A stretch of 64,000 nucleotides of DNA from Camelus ferus (taxonomy: Eukaryota). Position numbers and translations under genes: made by a program. The notes below the pieces were generated by a model, which was given only the letters and a program-made list of their open reading frames with translations, was not told the DNA's origin and did no database searches. Shown here piece by piece: positions 49,023 through 62,364 of the stretch (positions within the stretch are counted from its first letter, which is position 1; every line of letters begins with the position of its first letter). The stretch covers positions 107,076,001 through 107,140,000 of the forward strand of contig NC_045696.1 of the NCBI RefSeq assembly GCF_009834535.1, given 5' to 3'.

Positions 49023-49239
49023 ACACAGACAATGATAATGGAGTCTCATTCCATTCATTAAGTCATAAGCCATATCATACCACATTAACCAGTACTTGTA
49101 CACGAAATGGACACAACTCTGATCAACCTACACTCTCCTCAGTCCCTGCTTTGGGCTGTGACTTGTTTTTGCCTCCCACCTACAGAGGGCCTCAGGTCAT
49201 GACCTGGTTTTGACTGGACATTTGGCTGGTTATTTGCCT

Positions 49240-49697
49240 GTTGGCTCTCAGCTCCACACCCACCATCTATGTTCTGCTCAGCATGTATCTCAGTGGGCTG
49301 GATACCTGCTAACTACAGTCCCTACACTTCATTCCCCAGCTGAATTCCAGCCACGTTCAGCCAATGAGAAACACTGGAGGAGACTCAAGGGCAGGAATAG
49401 GACAGAAGGCATCATTCACTCTCTCTCTCTCCGTCTCTCTGACTCAGGTCTCTCTTGGTCTCTATCCCTTTCTCTCTCTCCCACCCCACCCCTTTTAGCG
49501 GTCCACCCCAACAGTGGCTAAGCCGCAGATCACCCTGTTTCCCCTTTAGCGGTTTCCTGCAGTTACTCCTCTTTGCATAACTTTGCTTTCCCCGGTTTTG
49601 TTTTTCCAGCCCTTCCAACACCCTTGTTACCAATTCCTGGATAAATTTTCTATCTTGAAATGCCTAGAGGGTTTTCCCCTGTGTCAGACCTGACTAT
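49240..49697 (+). mobile_element. LTR33/LTR16-like ERVL LTR
   Basis: gttcagccaatgagaaacactggaggagact...ccaattcctggataaattttct...gaaatgcctagagg...cctgact. Confidence 0.6.
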
Positions 49698-49879
49698 TCA
49701 AGCACTCACACATGTCCGCGTATAATCAGTTGTATAAACAACCTTTCGTCATGGAAGTTGCTTACATCTGCAAGGCATACCTTGCACTCCTGCCATTCTT
49801 ACTAAAACTCCAGACACTTTCCTTTTCAAACTCAAGTTAGCTGCCACGCCATCAAAAGCTTTTGAAGTAGGGAGTAAGG

Positions 49880-50058
49880 CAGTGTTGCTCAGTTTCTTCT
49901 TACTGATATAAATCGCTTAGGATCTTCGTTTAAAACAGTTTCCCAACCCAACCGCTCCCTAAATCTGATGACTCAGGTCTTCTGAGTGACTTAGAAATCT
50001 GAACTTTTCACAGATATCCCAGGTGATTCTAACTCTCAAGCAAGTTCGGGATACACTT
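49880..50058. mobile_element. MER5-like hAT MITE (degenerate)
   Basis: cagtgttgctca...gaaatctgaacttttcacagatatcccaggtgattct...aagttcgggatacact. Confidence 0.6.
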
Positions 50059-50099
50059 GTGAATATCATCCACTCTCTGCATGACTCCTATGCCCATTA

Positions 50100-50240
50100 T
50101 GAGTTGAGGTCCAGCGTGAACTAAACTTATTGTGGCAATCATTTCGCAATGTATGTAAGTCCAGTCATTATGCTGTATATCTTAAACTTATACAGTGCTG
50201 TATGTCAACTATCTTTCAGTAAAACTGAGGGGGGCAAAGA
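50100..50240 (+). mobile_element. L1MA/MB 3' tail
   Basis: actaaacttattgtggcaatcatttcgcaat...tcattatgctgta...ttaaacttatacagtgctgtatgtcaa. Confidence 0.8.
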
Positions 50241-50531
50241 GAGGCAACAGTTGCATTGAATGTCAGAGTGCATGGTAGATCAATAACATAATTTACAGAG
50301 AGAAAAAAATTTAAGTAAATGAATAAATAAAAATTAATAATTGAGATCATCTGTCTCAGATAGTTATCCTGGCTTAAGTGGGAAATACAAGGAACCATCT
50401 CCCCACTGGACACTTACTTAGATGAAAAGCTAATGGTTGCTAACAGCTTTACTTTTCCAAGACAAAATCAATCTACCAAAATTGTATAAATAGCAAAACA
50501 ATTATCTAATAATTTTAAACATGGGACTACA

Positions 50532-50762
50532 TCATTGAATGGGTTTGGGAATTGGAAAGACTTGGATTTAAATACAAATGACATCTCTGAGTAACTATAT
50601 GATATGCAACAAGCTGTTTAATCGCTTAGAGCTTCAGTCTTCTGAAAATGAGAATAAAACCATCTACTTCACAGAGCTGTTCTGAGGATTAAGTGAGAAT
50701 ATATGTAAATCACCTAGCATGGTCCCCGGCCCATAAAAGGATCCAATAAATATCTGTTCCTT
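50532..50762 (+). mobile_element. MIR SINE (near full length)
   Basis: tgaaaatgagaataaaaccatctacttcacagagctgttctgaggattaagtgag...caataaata. Confidence 0.85.
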
Positions 50763-51439
50763 TCCTAATCTGTAAGAAGAGTGCTGGATTTGTATTATGT
50801 CAACCTAACCAAGCTAGAACTGCATTTCCCAAAATTCCCTTGGCTGCATAATCCTGAGTTAGCATGGAACTCAAAAGACATATTGCTGGAGATTTGGAGG
50901 ATGGAAGGAAAGTAGTAACTATAGTGCATGTACAAAATAAACAAGAAAATATAAATAAACAGAATGTAGTAAGTGAAAGGGGGATGACTTAAGAGGAAAA
51001 AATGAGGAAGGGGAGAACAGAATTGCCCCCTACACAGGATGGTCTTAGAAGGCCCCTCTGAGGAAGCAACATTTGTCCCCTCATCTTGAAGCCTCAAAGA
51101 TAAGCTGACAATCAAGCTAAGAGCTGGGACTAGAATAGCACATAGATAAAGAAGCCATTGTAAAGGCTGCAAGGCAACTCAGAGCTTGGCTAGCTTGAGA
51201 AACAGAAAAGGGTCCAGCATGGCCCTGGCATTTGAAGTAAAACAGAGAATGAATGGTACAAGGGGATGGTGGAGGTCTAGGCAGAGGCCTGACAGTGTTC
51301 AGCTTTACTAGGCCATGTCTTTTTTTTTAAAGTGTGGATTTTATTTCCAATGTAAGGCCCCCACTGAAGGGTAGGAAGTAGGAGTGGCATGATGTGACAT
51401 CTTTTCATGTTTCTTTAAAGCTCACTTTTAGGTATCTTT

Positions 51440-54380
51440 TAGATTGTCAAATTTTTTTTTAAGTCAGAAAGTATCAAATGTTGGGAAATATAGGGAAACA
51501 AGGACATTCATAGCACTGGTGGGAATGTACTGCCATTTTGAAGAGCAGTTTGACAGTTTCAGGTAAAACCAAACATGCATTACCATAGGAGCCAGCATTT
51601 CCATTCATTCCCGGGATCTGCCAGAGAAATTCTTGAATATGTTGTATAAGAAGACACATCCAAGGCTGAATGGAACAGCACTCTTGACAACAATAAAGCA
51701 TTAAAGGCTGTGGACTATTGATGGATAAACAAGTAAAATGAGATCTATTCACCTAATGCAATTCTATTCAGTAAGCAAAATAAATAAATTTGATCTATAT
51801 CAATATATTAAAATTTTAATGCAAAATAATACAAGACATAACAATGCTGGATATCAAATACGAATATGGGGAGTAAAAGTATAAAAATGTGGACAAGAAA
51901 GACATACACCAAGTTTATCATAGTGGTTACATCAGGAAGGAAGGAAAGGGGGGATAAGTGATGGCAGCAAGATGGCCAGATAAGACATCCCTCACTTGTA
52001 TCTCCCCTTAACAACAATAATTTGACCACCACCCACAGAGAAGGTGCCTTTGTGGGAGACTCAGGGAAGAACAAAATTGTCTCTATTTGCAGATGACATA
52101 TATATACAGCAGATCCTAAACACTCTACAAAAGCAAAAACAAACCTGTTACAACTAATCAACAAATTCAGTAAAGTTGCAGGAGGCAAAATTAGCATACA
52201 GAAATCAGTTTCATTCCTATACACTAACAAAATATCAGAGAGAGAAATAAAGAAAACAATCTTGTTTCCAATAGCATCAAAAAGATTAAAATACTTAGGG
52301 ATAAACTTAACCAAAGAGGTAAAAGACCTGTACACAGAAAAATGTAAGACTTTGATGGAAAACACTGAAGAAGATACAAATAAATGGAAGATATATTGTT
52401 TGTGGATTGGTAGAATTTATATTGTTAAAATGTCCATACTACTCAAAGCCATCTGTAGATTCAGTGTAATCCTTATCAAAATTCCAATGGCATTTTCCAC
52501 AGAAATAGAGAGAAGAATCCTAAATTTGTATAGAACCGCAAAAGATCCCAAACAGGCAAAACAATCTTGAGAGAGAACAAAGCTGGAGGCATCACACTTC
52601 CTGACTTTAAACTATACTACAAAGCTGTAATAATCACAACAGTATGGTACTGGCATTTTAAAAAAAAAGGCACATAGGTGAATGGAACAGAATCAAGAGC
52701 CCAGAAAGAAACACATACATATTCAGTTAGTAATATTTGACAAGGGAGCCAAAAATACTCAATGGAGAAAGAATAATCTCTTCCATAAATGGAACTGAGA
52801 AAACTGGATAATCATGTGCAGAAGAACAAAATAGGACCCCTATCTTATATTACTCACAAAAATTTACTCAAAATGGATTAAAGATTTACATAAGAACTGA
52901 AGGTATAAAACCCCTAGAAGAAAACATAAGGGTAAAGCTACTTGACATTGGTTTTAGCAATGATTTTTTTGAATATGACATTAAAAAGTGTAAGCAACAA
53001 AAGCAAAAATAAATAAGTGGGACTATATCAAACTAAAAGTCTTCTGCAAAGAAAAAGAAACAATCAACAGAATGAAAAGGCAATCTATGGAATGGGAGAA
53101 AATATTTGCAAACCATACATCAGACAATGGTATTAATATCTACAATATGTAAGGAACTTGTACAACTCTACAGCAAAAATAAAAATTCAATTTTTACATG
53201 GAGAGAGGAACTGAATAGACACTTTTCCAAAGAAGACATACAAATGGCCAACAGGTGCATGAAAAGATGCTCAACATCACTTATCACCAGGGAATAGAAA
53301 GTCAAAACCACATGAGCTATCACCTCACACCTGTTAGAATGGCTGTTATCAAAAAACAAGAGATAACAAGTGTTGGCAATGATGTGGACAAAAGGGAACC
53401 CTTATGCACTGTTGGTGGGAATGTAAATTGGTACAGGAACTATGGAAGTTCCTCAAAATATTAAAAATAGAACTAACATTTGATCCAGAAATCCCACTTC
53501 TGAGTATAAAGGATATGAAATAACTATGTCAAAGAGATATCTGCACTCCCATGTTTATTATAGTGTTATTCACAATATTCAACATATGGAAACAACCCAA
53601 GTGTCCATCAATGGATGAATGGATTAAAAATATGCAGTATATACCATATATAATGGAATCTTTTCCAGTCATAAAAAAAGAAGAAACCACACCATTTATG
53701 ATGAAATGGTTGGAACTTGAGGGCATTATGCTAAATGTCAGACAGAGAATGATAAACACTGTATGATCTCCCTTATATGTGGAATCTAAAAGTGCCAAAC
53801 TCAGAAAAACATAGAGTAGAATGGTGTTGCCAGGGTCAGGAGAGTGGGGAAATGGAGAGATGTTGATCAAAGGGTACAGATTTCCAGGTATGAGAAGAAT
53901 AAGTTCTGGGGATCTTACAGTCAGCATGGTGGCTGTAGTTAACAATACTGTATTTTATATTTGAAAGTTGCTAAGAGAGTAGATCTTAAATGTTCTCACC
54001 ACAAAAAAAAAATGTAATTATGTGAGTTGCTGGATGTTTTAATGAACCATATTATAGTAATCATTTCATAATATATATGTGTATCAAGCAATCACATTGT
54101 ATACCTTAAATTTACACAGTGTTATATATAATATCTTAATAAAGCTAAGGGGAAAGCATAAAAACATAAGTTTTTTTAAAAAAAGAAGAAGAAGAAGGAA
54201 AATGGAAATGGCATTATGAAGAGGAATACATGAAAGAGTTTAACTTAATATTACTTTATTTCTTAAAAAAAATAAAATCAAAGTAAAAATATGCCCAAAT
54301 GTTAACATCTGTTTATTCGAGGTGTTAAGTATCAGGTTGTCATTACTGTACTTTTCTGTGGTTTGTCTTTTTCCATTTTA
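51440..54380 (+). mobile_element. L1ME 3' end (51440-51947 and 54202-54380), host of the L1MA
   Basis: ctggtgggaatgta, gagcagtttgacagttt, acatacaccaagtttatcatagtggttac, then aaatgttaacatctgtt. Confidence 0.7.
51948..54190 (+). mobile_element. L1MA-like element: 5' terminus fused directly to RT, then the rest of ORF2 and the 3' UTR
   Basis: Starts ggggg...gcagcaagatggc (L1 5' end with YY1-type CAAGATGGC), jumps at about 52066 to KLSLFADD; ends tcttaataaagct plus A-rich tail; weak TSD GAAGGAAA. Confidence 0.85.
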
Positions 54381-54728
54381 AAGCTAAGATTCCAGTTTCA
54401 TGAAGAAGCAAGAGTAGAAACAAAGACCAGAGAAAGATGTTATCAGTGGTCCAGGAGAGAGCAATGGTGACTTGGATTAGGGTGCAGGCACTGAAGATGG
54501 AGAGAAGCCAACTTATTCAAGATATATTTTAAAGGATTTGCTAATGGTTTGGGTGGGAGTGAAGAAAAAGAAGAATTAAGGTAATTCTCAGGTTTGGTGC
54601 TCAAGCAGCTAAGAGGGCAACATTTATAAAGATTCAGACAACCTAAAGAGGAAGGATTATGAAGGAAAAGGTGGTAACGGGGGATGTTAAAAATCCAGAG
54701 TTTAACTAAACATTACCTATTAAGTTTG

Positions 54729-54764
54729 AAAGACCAATTAGACATCCAAAGACCAATTAGATAT
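54729..54764. repeat. 19-bp tandem duplication within L2
   Basis: AAAGACCAATTAGACATCC followed by AAAGACCAATTAGATAT. Confidence 0.8.
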
Positions 54765-55894
54765 GTCAAGCATACAGCTGAATATCTGAGCCTGGTGCTC
54801 AAGGGAGAGGTCAAAGCTGGAGATATAAAACAGAAAGTGGTCAGAATATAGCAATATCTAAATCATAAGATTGGATAAGGTCTTGAGGAAAGAAAGTGTG
54901 GAAAGGAAAGAAGGCAGAACCAAGCCCAGGGGCACTCCTACATTACCCTAGTAGATCTAGAGGAGCTAGTGAAAGAAGCAGGAAAGGTAAAAGTAAAACC
55001 AAGAGACAGCGGTATCAAAGAAATCAATAGAGGAACAAGTGAAATAGTGATAAAGATAGTTAGATTTGGCAACATAGTCATTGGTGACCTTGACAAGAGC
55101 AATATAATTGGCAGAGTGGAGGCAAAAGTCAATAGATTGACTAGTCTACTTTTCAGTTTACTTGAAATGTTTCATAATGCAATTTTAATTTTATTTCAGT
55201 GTTAACTCTTGGATGGGAAATAAGATAATGAAGACAGAAAGAGTAAAAAACTCAAGAAGTTTTGCTCAGAAAAGAAACACAGATGGAGTTGTGATGCAGA
55301 GGGAACAGGTATCAAGGAAGGTGCGTTTTTTGGTTTGCCGTATTTCATTTTGAGGTGGGAGATATTTTAGCATGCATTTCAAGGCCTTTGGGAATAATTT
55401 AGTAGTACAGGAAAGACTGAAGATACAGGGAGGAGAAAAGGGTGGTTTCAGGAAGAGAGTCCTCAGGAAGATGAGAAGGGGAAATGATTCTCGCACACAC
55501 TGAAGGATGCTGCTTCCACTGTAACAAAAGACAGAGAATGTCAGTACAGGGGCAGAGAGTCTTGAATATTTAATGTGGAGAAACAAGAATGTTCCAGAAG
55601 GATGTAATGAGAACACTAACCTAGCAAGGAGGAAGGAAGATGTTGTAGGAGTTTTGAGAAGAAAAGTCATCTTGGACAGTAGAAGTGAACCAACCCCCTA
55701 TGAAGGAGAGCAGAATTTCAGATGTCCAATACCTATTTGAAATCTGCAGTCACAAATTTTAAAAGCAACCAGTCAGCCTGAGTATTTTTTTTTTCCTCCA
55801 GCAATGTTCTACTGATCTGTGTAAGCAGATAATTGAGTTTAGCCAAGCTTGGGGTAGAAGGGAGATAGGACCAAGGATGTTGAAGATGTTTGCA

Positions 55895-58105
55895 AGAGAA
55901 CAGAGAAAAAATGGACTGGAAAACAAACCAGCCTTATGGACTTATGGTACATAACAAAGATCTAACATTTATGTCTTTAGAAGGAGGGGATAAAGAGGGT
56001 GGAGTTGATAAAATACTCAAAGAAATTATGGCTGGAAACTTCACAAATTTGGCAAAAGACAGAAAATTACAGATTTAAGATGATACATGAAATAGCATAA
56101 ATCCAAAGAAATCCATGTCAAGTCATATCATAATTAAAATTCTGAAAGCTAAAAACAAAATTAAAATCTTGAAAACAACCAGAGGAAAACAACACTTTAC
56201 CTACAGGGAAAACAATCTGAATAACAGCAGATTGCTCATCAGAAACTGTGGAATCCAGAAGAAAGTGGCAGCATATTTTTCAAGTGCTAAAAAAAAAAAA
56301 AAAGAGAGAAAGAAAAGAAATGTCAATGTAGAATTCTACAGTCAGCAAAAATATCCTCTGGAATGAAGGGGAAATCAAGACTCTTAGATGAAGAAAATGT
56401 AAGAGAATTTGTCACTAGTAGACATATTCTTGTAAAAAAAAAAAAACAGATTAAAGAAAGTTCTCCAAAGAAAAAGGAAACAATAAAAGAGGAAACCTTG
56501 GAACACCAAGAAATGAAAAAGCACATGGTAGGTAAAAATATGAGTAAATAAAATAGATTTCTTCTCCTCTGGAATTTCCTAAATTATGATTGATGGTTAA
56601 AGCAAAAATTATAGAGTTATGTGGTTCTAAATGTATGTAGAGGAAATATGTAAGACAATATATCACACATGGGAGAGAGCAAAGGGAAAAATAGAGGTAA
56701 GGTTTCTATTCTCCACTCAGACTGGCAAAATAACACCAATAGACTGTGATAAGTTATGTATGTGTAATTTAATACCTACAGCAACCACTAAAAAACCGAT
56801 ACAAAAAAAGTACTCACAAAAACAATATACATAAATCAAAATGGAATTCTAAAAAATGTTCAGGCACCCCATAGGTGAAAGAAAACAGAGACAGTAAAAC
56901 AAAAAATAAAGCACTACATATCAATAATTACATTAAACCTAAATTATCTAAATACACCAATTAAAAGACCAAAATTGGCAGTGGATTTAAAAATCTGACC
57001 CAACTATATGCTATCACTTCAAACATAATGATATAGGCATGTTGAATGTGACATAATAGATACCCATATATCATGCAAACAGCGATCAAGGAAAGCAAGA
57101 GTAGACTTCAGAGTAAGAAAATTACCGGAGATGGGAAGGATATTATATTAATGATAAAAGGGTCAATCCATCCAGAAGACACAGCAATCCTAAATGTGTA
57201 TGCACCAAACAACAGAGCTGAATAATAAGTGAAGCGAAAACTGAAAGGAGAAATAGGCACATCCACAGTTATAGTTGGAGATCTCAACAGCCCCTCTCTC
57301 AACAATTTATAGAATAACTAGACAGAAAATAAGCAATACAAAGAACTCAACAACACGTTCAACCAACAGGATATAATCAATATTTATAGAATACTCCACC
57401 AAATAACAGCAGAATACACATATTTTTAAGTGATCATGGAACATATGCCAATATAGACTAAGTCTTGGACCATAAAATAAACCTCAACAAACTTAAATGA
57501 ATTGATATCTTAAGAGTGTGTTTGACGAACACCATGGAATCAAACTAAAGTTAAATAACAGAAAGAAAATGGGAAAATCTTCACACATTTGGAAACTAAA
57601 CAACACATTTCCAAAGAGAAATCCATGGGCCAAATTAGAAGTCTTAAGGGAAATCAAAATATAAATTGAACTGAATGGAAATGAAAGCACAATCTTTCAA
57701 ATGTGTGGGACACAGCTAGTGCAGTGCTTAGAGGAAATTTTATAGCACTAAATGCATACACTGGAAAAGAAGAACCATCTAAAATCAATAATTTGAAGCT
57801 CTTACCTCAAAAACCAAAAAAAGAAAAGAAACCCAAAGAAAGCAGAAGGAAAGTCTTAATAAAGAGCAGAAATCAATGACACTGAAAACAGGAAAAAAAA
57901 AAAAAAAAGAAAAGTCAATGAAACAAACAGCTGGTTCTTGAAGACATCAATAAAATTGACAAACCTTTAGCAAGACTGAGAAGGAAAAAAATAACACAAT
58001 TTTACCACTCAGCAAGATTTTCTGCAGATATGGACATAAGTACTCTAGAATTTATATAGAAAGGCAAAGTAAGATTTAGCTATAACAATCAAGACTGTGT
58101 GCTTT
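55895..58105 (+). mobile_element. Old L1M (L1MB/MC-like) ORF1, inter-ORF and ORF2 endonuclease remnant
   Basis: aagaaattatggctggaaacttcacaaatttggcaaaagac (ORF1); ctaaatacaccaattaaaaga, aatcctaaatgtgtatgcaccaaacaacagagc, tagttggagatctcaac (EN). Confidence 0.88.
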
Positions 58106-58970
58106 TATGCAGAGAAAGGATGGGGGCACTGTCCCAGATAGGATGAATCAAATAAAAAAGATCATACATATGATACTCTATTTGATCTAGGACAAAAGTT
58201 TAAAATGCTCTAAATGCAGAATCCCTGGAAATGTTTCAACAGAGTTATATACACTGGGTGAGTCTATATAACATGATACACCTGAATAAAAATCAGAACA
58301 TCAGGTGTCTCATTTATCTTTGAAACTGAAAGACAACTATTTGGGTGTTTCTTTGTACTCTTACTAAATTGTTCATTAAGTTTGCTTTAAGAAAAAAAAA
58401 TAGAAAGCATGAAATTCCATAGTAAGAGAAAAGCAATTGGTTCAGCAAACACACAGATGGATGAGTGTGTGATAGAGAAGACAAATATAAGTGTATGTTG
58501 TGGGCAATTAGAAATTTTGATTAGATTTGGTGGATGTAAATTAAACTTCTACCTCTAATAAGATGAAGGCACATATTAAGGGAGAAACTGAGAAGAAATT
58601 ATACTAGTTATATTTTATAAGGGTTTTTTTTTCCCTGGCAATACTGACAAAGATTTGCAGCTGGAGAAGACACAAAAACACATTCATGTTACATCAGTGC
58701 AAGTTTGAAGGTGAAGAAAACTGATAAAATGAATCTTCCAAAAATAGCCATCGTCTTCCTAAAAACTAGTAGGGGGTGAATAGAGCTGGTGACAGACAGC
58801 TCTGGCTTCCCTATTCCATTGTTATACCAAGACCACAGGCTTGGGAAAGGCCAAGAAATAGGTCACCTGCATTTGCGGATTGCTGAGGGCACGCTAAACA
58901 AGGCAGGCAGGTATCAAGGTAGTCAGTAGCATCTGGCTCCTCCTTAAAAATCTAAGCACAAAATTTAAAA

Positions 58971-59181
58971 CAGTGGTTCTTAAATTTCAGCATCCATCAG
59001 AAACACTTAGTGGGCTTGTTAAAGCTCAAATTGTTGGGCTCCACCCTGCCCCCCAGAGTATCTGATTTGTAGGTCTGGGGTGGAGCCTGAGAATCTGCCT
59101 TTGTAACAATTTCCATGATGATGACGATGATGGTGGTGGTAGTGATGGTGGTGGCCAGGGACCACACTCAAAGAGCCACTG
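58971..59181 (+). mobile_element. MER5A hAT MITE
   Basis: TIRs CAGTGGTTCTTAAA / AAAGAGCCACTG; 8-bp flanks ATTTAAAA / ATTTAGAG; internal ggtctggggtggagcctgagaat. Confidence 0.88.
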
Positions 59182-60499
59182 ATTTAGAGTAACTTACACA
59201 ATTGTTTGACACTTACTTAGAGAAATTATCACAAGAAAACGTTTTTCTCCAGATGTGCTGGTATGGCTCCCTTTATCAGTTACAGCACATTTCCTTCTTC
59301 TAGGAAGCTCAGAACCCAATTTTAAGATCAATATATTAAAATGTCAACTGATGTTTGAGGTGCGTCTATATTCCTGTTCCTCAGTGGCTTCTCCTCTTAT
59401 TGAAAATGCTTCTGTTTCAAAATGCTTGAAAAGCAAGACAGGGTGAAATGAACAAATAAAGGAATGAATGACTGAACTCTCATCACACTTTATTTCTGGC
59501 CTAGACACATAGGACTTAAAAGCTAGCAGCACTCCTTAACTACAAGGCTTTAAGTGTGACTTTCTTAATTTTTATAAAACTCTAGCCGCCGAGTGACTGC
59601 CCCACATGACACTGCCACTCCCCTGTGATAAACTAGAGAAAGGGTCCATGAAAGATGAGGTCCGTGTGGGTTTTGATTTGGAGCCAGTTCACAGTGTGGC
59701 CCCCACATCTGGCTTGCAAGGACAAGGCAGGAAGTGCATCGCTGAACGGATGGCACAGTGGTGGAGCTCTGGCCCCAAGCTTAGCTCACGAGCCGCAGAG
59801 CTGGGTTCCCACTGACTGTCTCTTATCACACTGGCTGCTGCAAGGTTCTGTTCAAAACCAGCTTTGGAATTCTCCATTAAGACATCTTCTCTGGGCCTAC
59901 TCTCTCCTGCAGACAGCCACAGCAAGAGCAGCCCCAGGTGGGACCCAAGCCCGTCAGTCATTCCCAGGCTCTAGTCACCGGTTTGGCAAGGATCCTATCA
60001 CCTGCCAGGAGGCTCGTCAGCCTCTGTGCCCAACTTCAGGACCCCTTCAGCAACGCCTCTGTTCCTCTTGCTCACCCAAAATACACGTGCACACACATAC
60101 ATACACACACATGCATGAACACTCTCTTGGGGACTGCTTTACCAACTCCTGGGTCTAAGGTTTTAGGATGCCGTTTATAGCAGGTGTCTATAACCACCTG
60201 CACAAACTAGTCTGAAAAATAAAAAGACTGAATTCTATCTGACATATGTTTTCTCTCATCATTATTGGGCTATTTTGGCTCCAGCTAGTTATTAACTTAC
60301 TATCAGCTGAATTTCACCTATAGTTTTCAAAGTGCTCACTGTCAACTGATTTCAAGCAGGGTTTTTCTTTACCAGGGGGGTCAGCTGAGTGTAGGCTCAG
60401 GCCAAGCAGCCCGGCAGGAAGTCTGAAATAATGCTGTGTGTGTTGCCTGAAGGCAGAAGGATCTTGCAGTGCTGATCTGTGTAGCCAGGAAACAGGCTC

Positions 60500-60700
60500 C
60501 TGATAACAACAGCTACCACTAGTCAGCACCTCCTACGTGCCAGAAATCTTACCTTGCATTTAACCCTCACCAACAACACAAGATGTCTATCAGCCATCTC
60601 CAATTACAGATTCTGAAGCCTAAAGGGGTTGAATGACTCAAGCCAGTAGGTGACAGAACCAGATTCAACCGTTTTGACCCCAGGACCTACCTTTCTACTA
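60500..60700 (-). mobile_element. MIR SINE
   Basis: ataacaacagctaccact...cacctcctacgtgccag...catttaaccctcac...ttacagattctgaagc. Confidence 0.7.
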
Positions 60701-61029
60701 CTCAGTGCTGGTTTCCTTCTAAGTTCACAGAGAACCTCATTTTCTCATGGTCCTATCACCCTCTAATCATGATTTGCCACTGTCTATATGAAATTGCAAA
60801 GTTATTTTAAGATGAAAAAAAGCAATGAACACAGATTAAATGTGTATTGGCTTCCGAATTAATTTCTATTTAAATTAAAAAATGCATTCGTGTAGGGATG
60901 ATGGCGAGGTTGAGGTTCTGTTTTTTTCTGTCTTGTCTGAGCTCCGGCTGGAATGAATGGATGCATTTAAAGGCACATGAGCACACACTGGTAAACTGCT
61001 ACACTTGTTTGTCTATAATTTGCCCTTAA

Positions 61030-61365
61030 TTTAGTTTATGAAGTGGAGCAGGACTGGTCCCACCAATCCATTTGTTCAGGGACAGGTCTCTAGTTCAAGT
61101 TGGTCCAATCTTCGTTCCCAGGGTTTTTGCCAAAACAGTCAGGAAGAAGACACGCCATGTCCATAGAATGTAAGTGTGTTGCCTGAAGAGAATACAGAGA
61201 AGGACGGAGCAGATACAGGGGAGAGTCCTGAGGACATCGTCTGAGGCCCTCAGTCCAGCATGTGTGAAGCTTACTACTGGACTTGTCAGTTCTGTGAGAC
61301 AGTACGATGCCATTGATCTTAAACCAAATTGAGTTGGGTTTTCTGTCACCTACCATAGAACAAGC
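61030..61365 (+). mobile_element. MLT1J/K-like MaLR LTR
   Basis: gagtcctgaggacatcgtctgag...tggacttgtcagttctgtgagac...cttaaaccaaattgagttgggttttctgtcac. Confidence 0.7.
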
Positions 61366-61431
61366 TCTGATGGGGCATCTATAAATTCCAGGTCTTGGAA
61401 GACACCTGGGTCTAGCCCCTGCTTCCTTCAA

Positions 61432-62020
61432 CTAGAGTTCTTTCAGTTGCAAATAACTCAAATTTGAGTGGGGAGATGGGCATTTTTAAGGATATATGTG
61501 GATTAATGAGGAAGAGAAAAGGACCCTGATACCAGGGACAGGGACAGGGACATTCCAGGGGACTTCCTGGCCCCCACCTGCAGAAGAAGATCCTCTGGAG
61601 TGAGTGATGTCCACCCTGTCACTCCACACCAGCAGGTACCGTCGCTCCCTGGGATTTGTCTGTTGCAGCCTCTTCATTGCTTATTCTTTCAACCTGCCGT
61701 TTCTCTGCCTTGAGTCCCTGCTGCTCAGAACTTGGACTCTGCATGACCCCTCTCAGCTCCCACTCTTCCTCAAGGCTTCTCTTCACACAACCCTTAAACT
61801 TCACCCTGGTTCCTCACAGCCTCTTTCTCTTGGCATCTTCTAGTTCACAGTCCTGAGAAAGAGAAAAATCTGACTGACTGACCTCTCGTGAGCAGGGCAA
61901 CTTCATAGGTTGCTGACCAGCCTGCAGACAAGTGGCTGCCCCTGGGGTCAGTAAGCACTTCCCATCCAATCAGCTGCAGACAGGGGTGGAATGGCTCACA
62001 CTTACCTAGAAGGGGCCATG
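61432..62020 (-). mobile_element. MLT1M/N-like MaLR LTR
   Basis: ttctttcagttgcaaataac...gagaaaaatctgactg...ggtcagtaagcac...tccaatcagctg. Confidence 0.6.
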
Positions 62021-62364
62021 AGCAAGGCAAACACCATGACTGATTACTCTGAGTGCCCACCCACTCTCCCCCTGGCTCGACCAATGAGTGCTCTTCCTTC
62101 TGCCTCCAAGACCTTTTCTTCCTTCTCCCTTGTTTTGGTAGAAAAGGCATCTCATAGGTCATCTCTGGTAACACCATTGTACTGATAATAGGATAAGGTT
62201 TTAGTATTTTAATTGGTGACATTTTCCCCAAGATTTCCTGATATCTCGAAGCTCCCCCTTCTTTGAGGAACCAGACTTTCAGGAACATAAGAAAACATCA
62301 GTGATGTATTCTTGGCTTTTTGTGCTTTAAAAATCATTTGGGGACATAAACCTGGAGTTTACTC

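Larger units (their letters stand above)
50935..55700 (-). mobile_element. Long L2 fragment (50935-51430 and 54400-55700) split by L1 insertions
   Basis: agaaggcccctctgaggaagcaacattt, tttaaagctcact, then atggtgacttggattagggtg, agctgaatatctgagcctgg, tcattggtgaccttgacaagagc. Confidence 0.8.
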
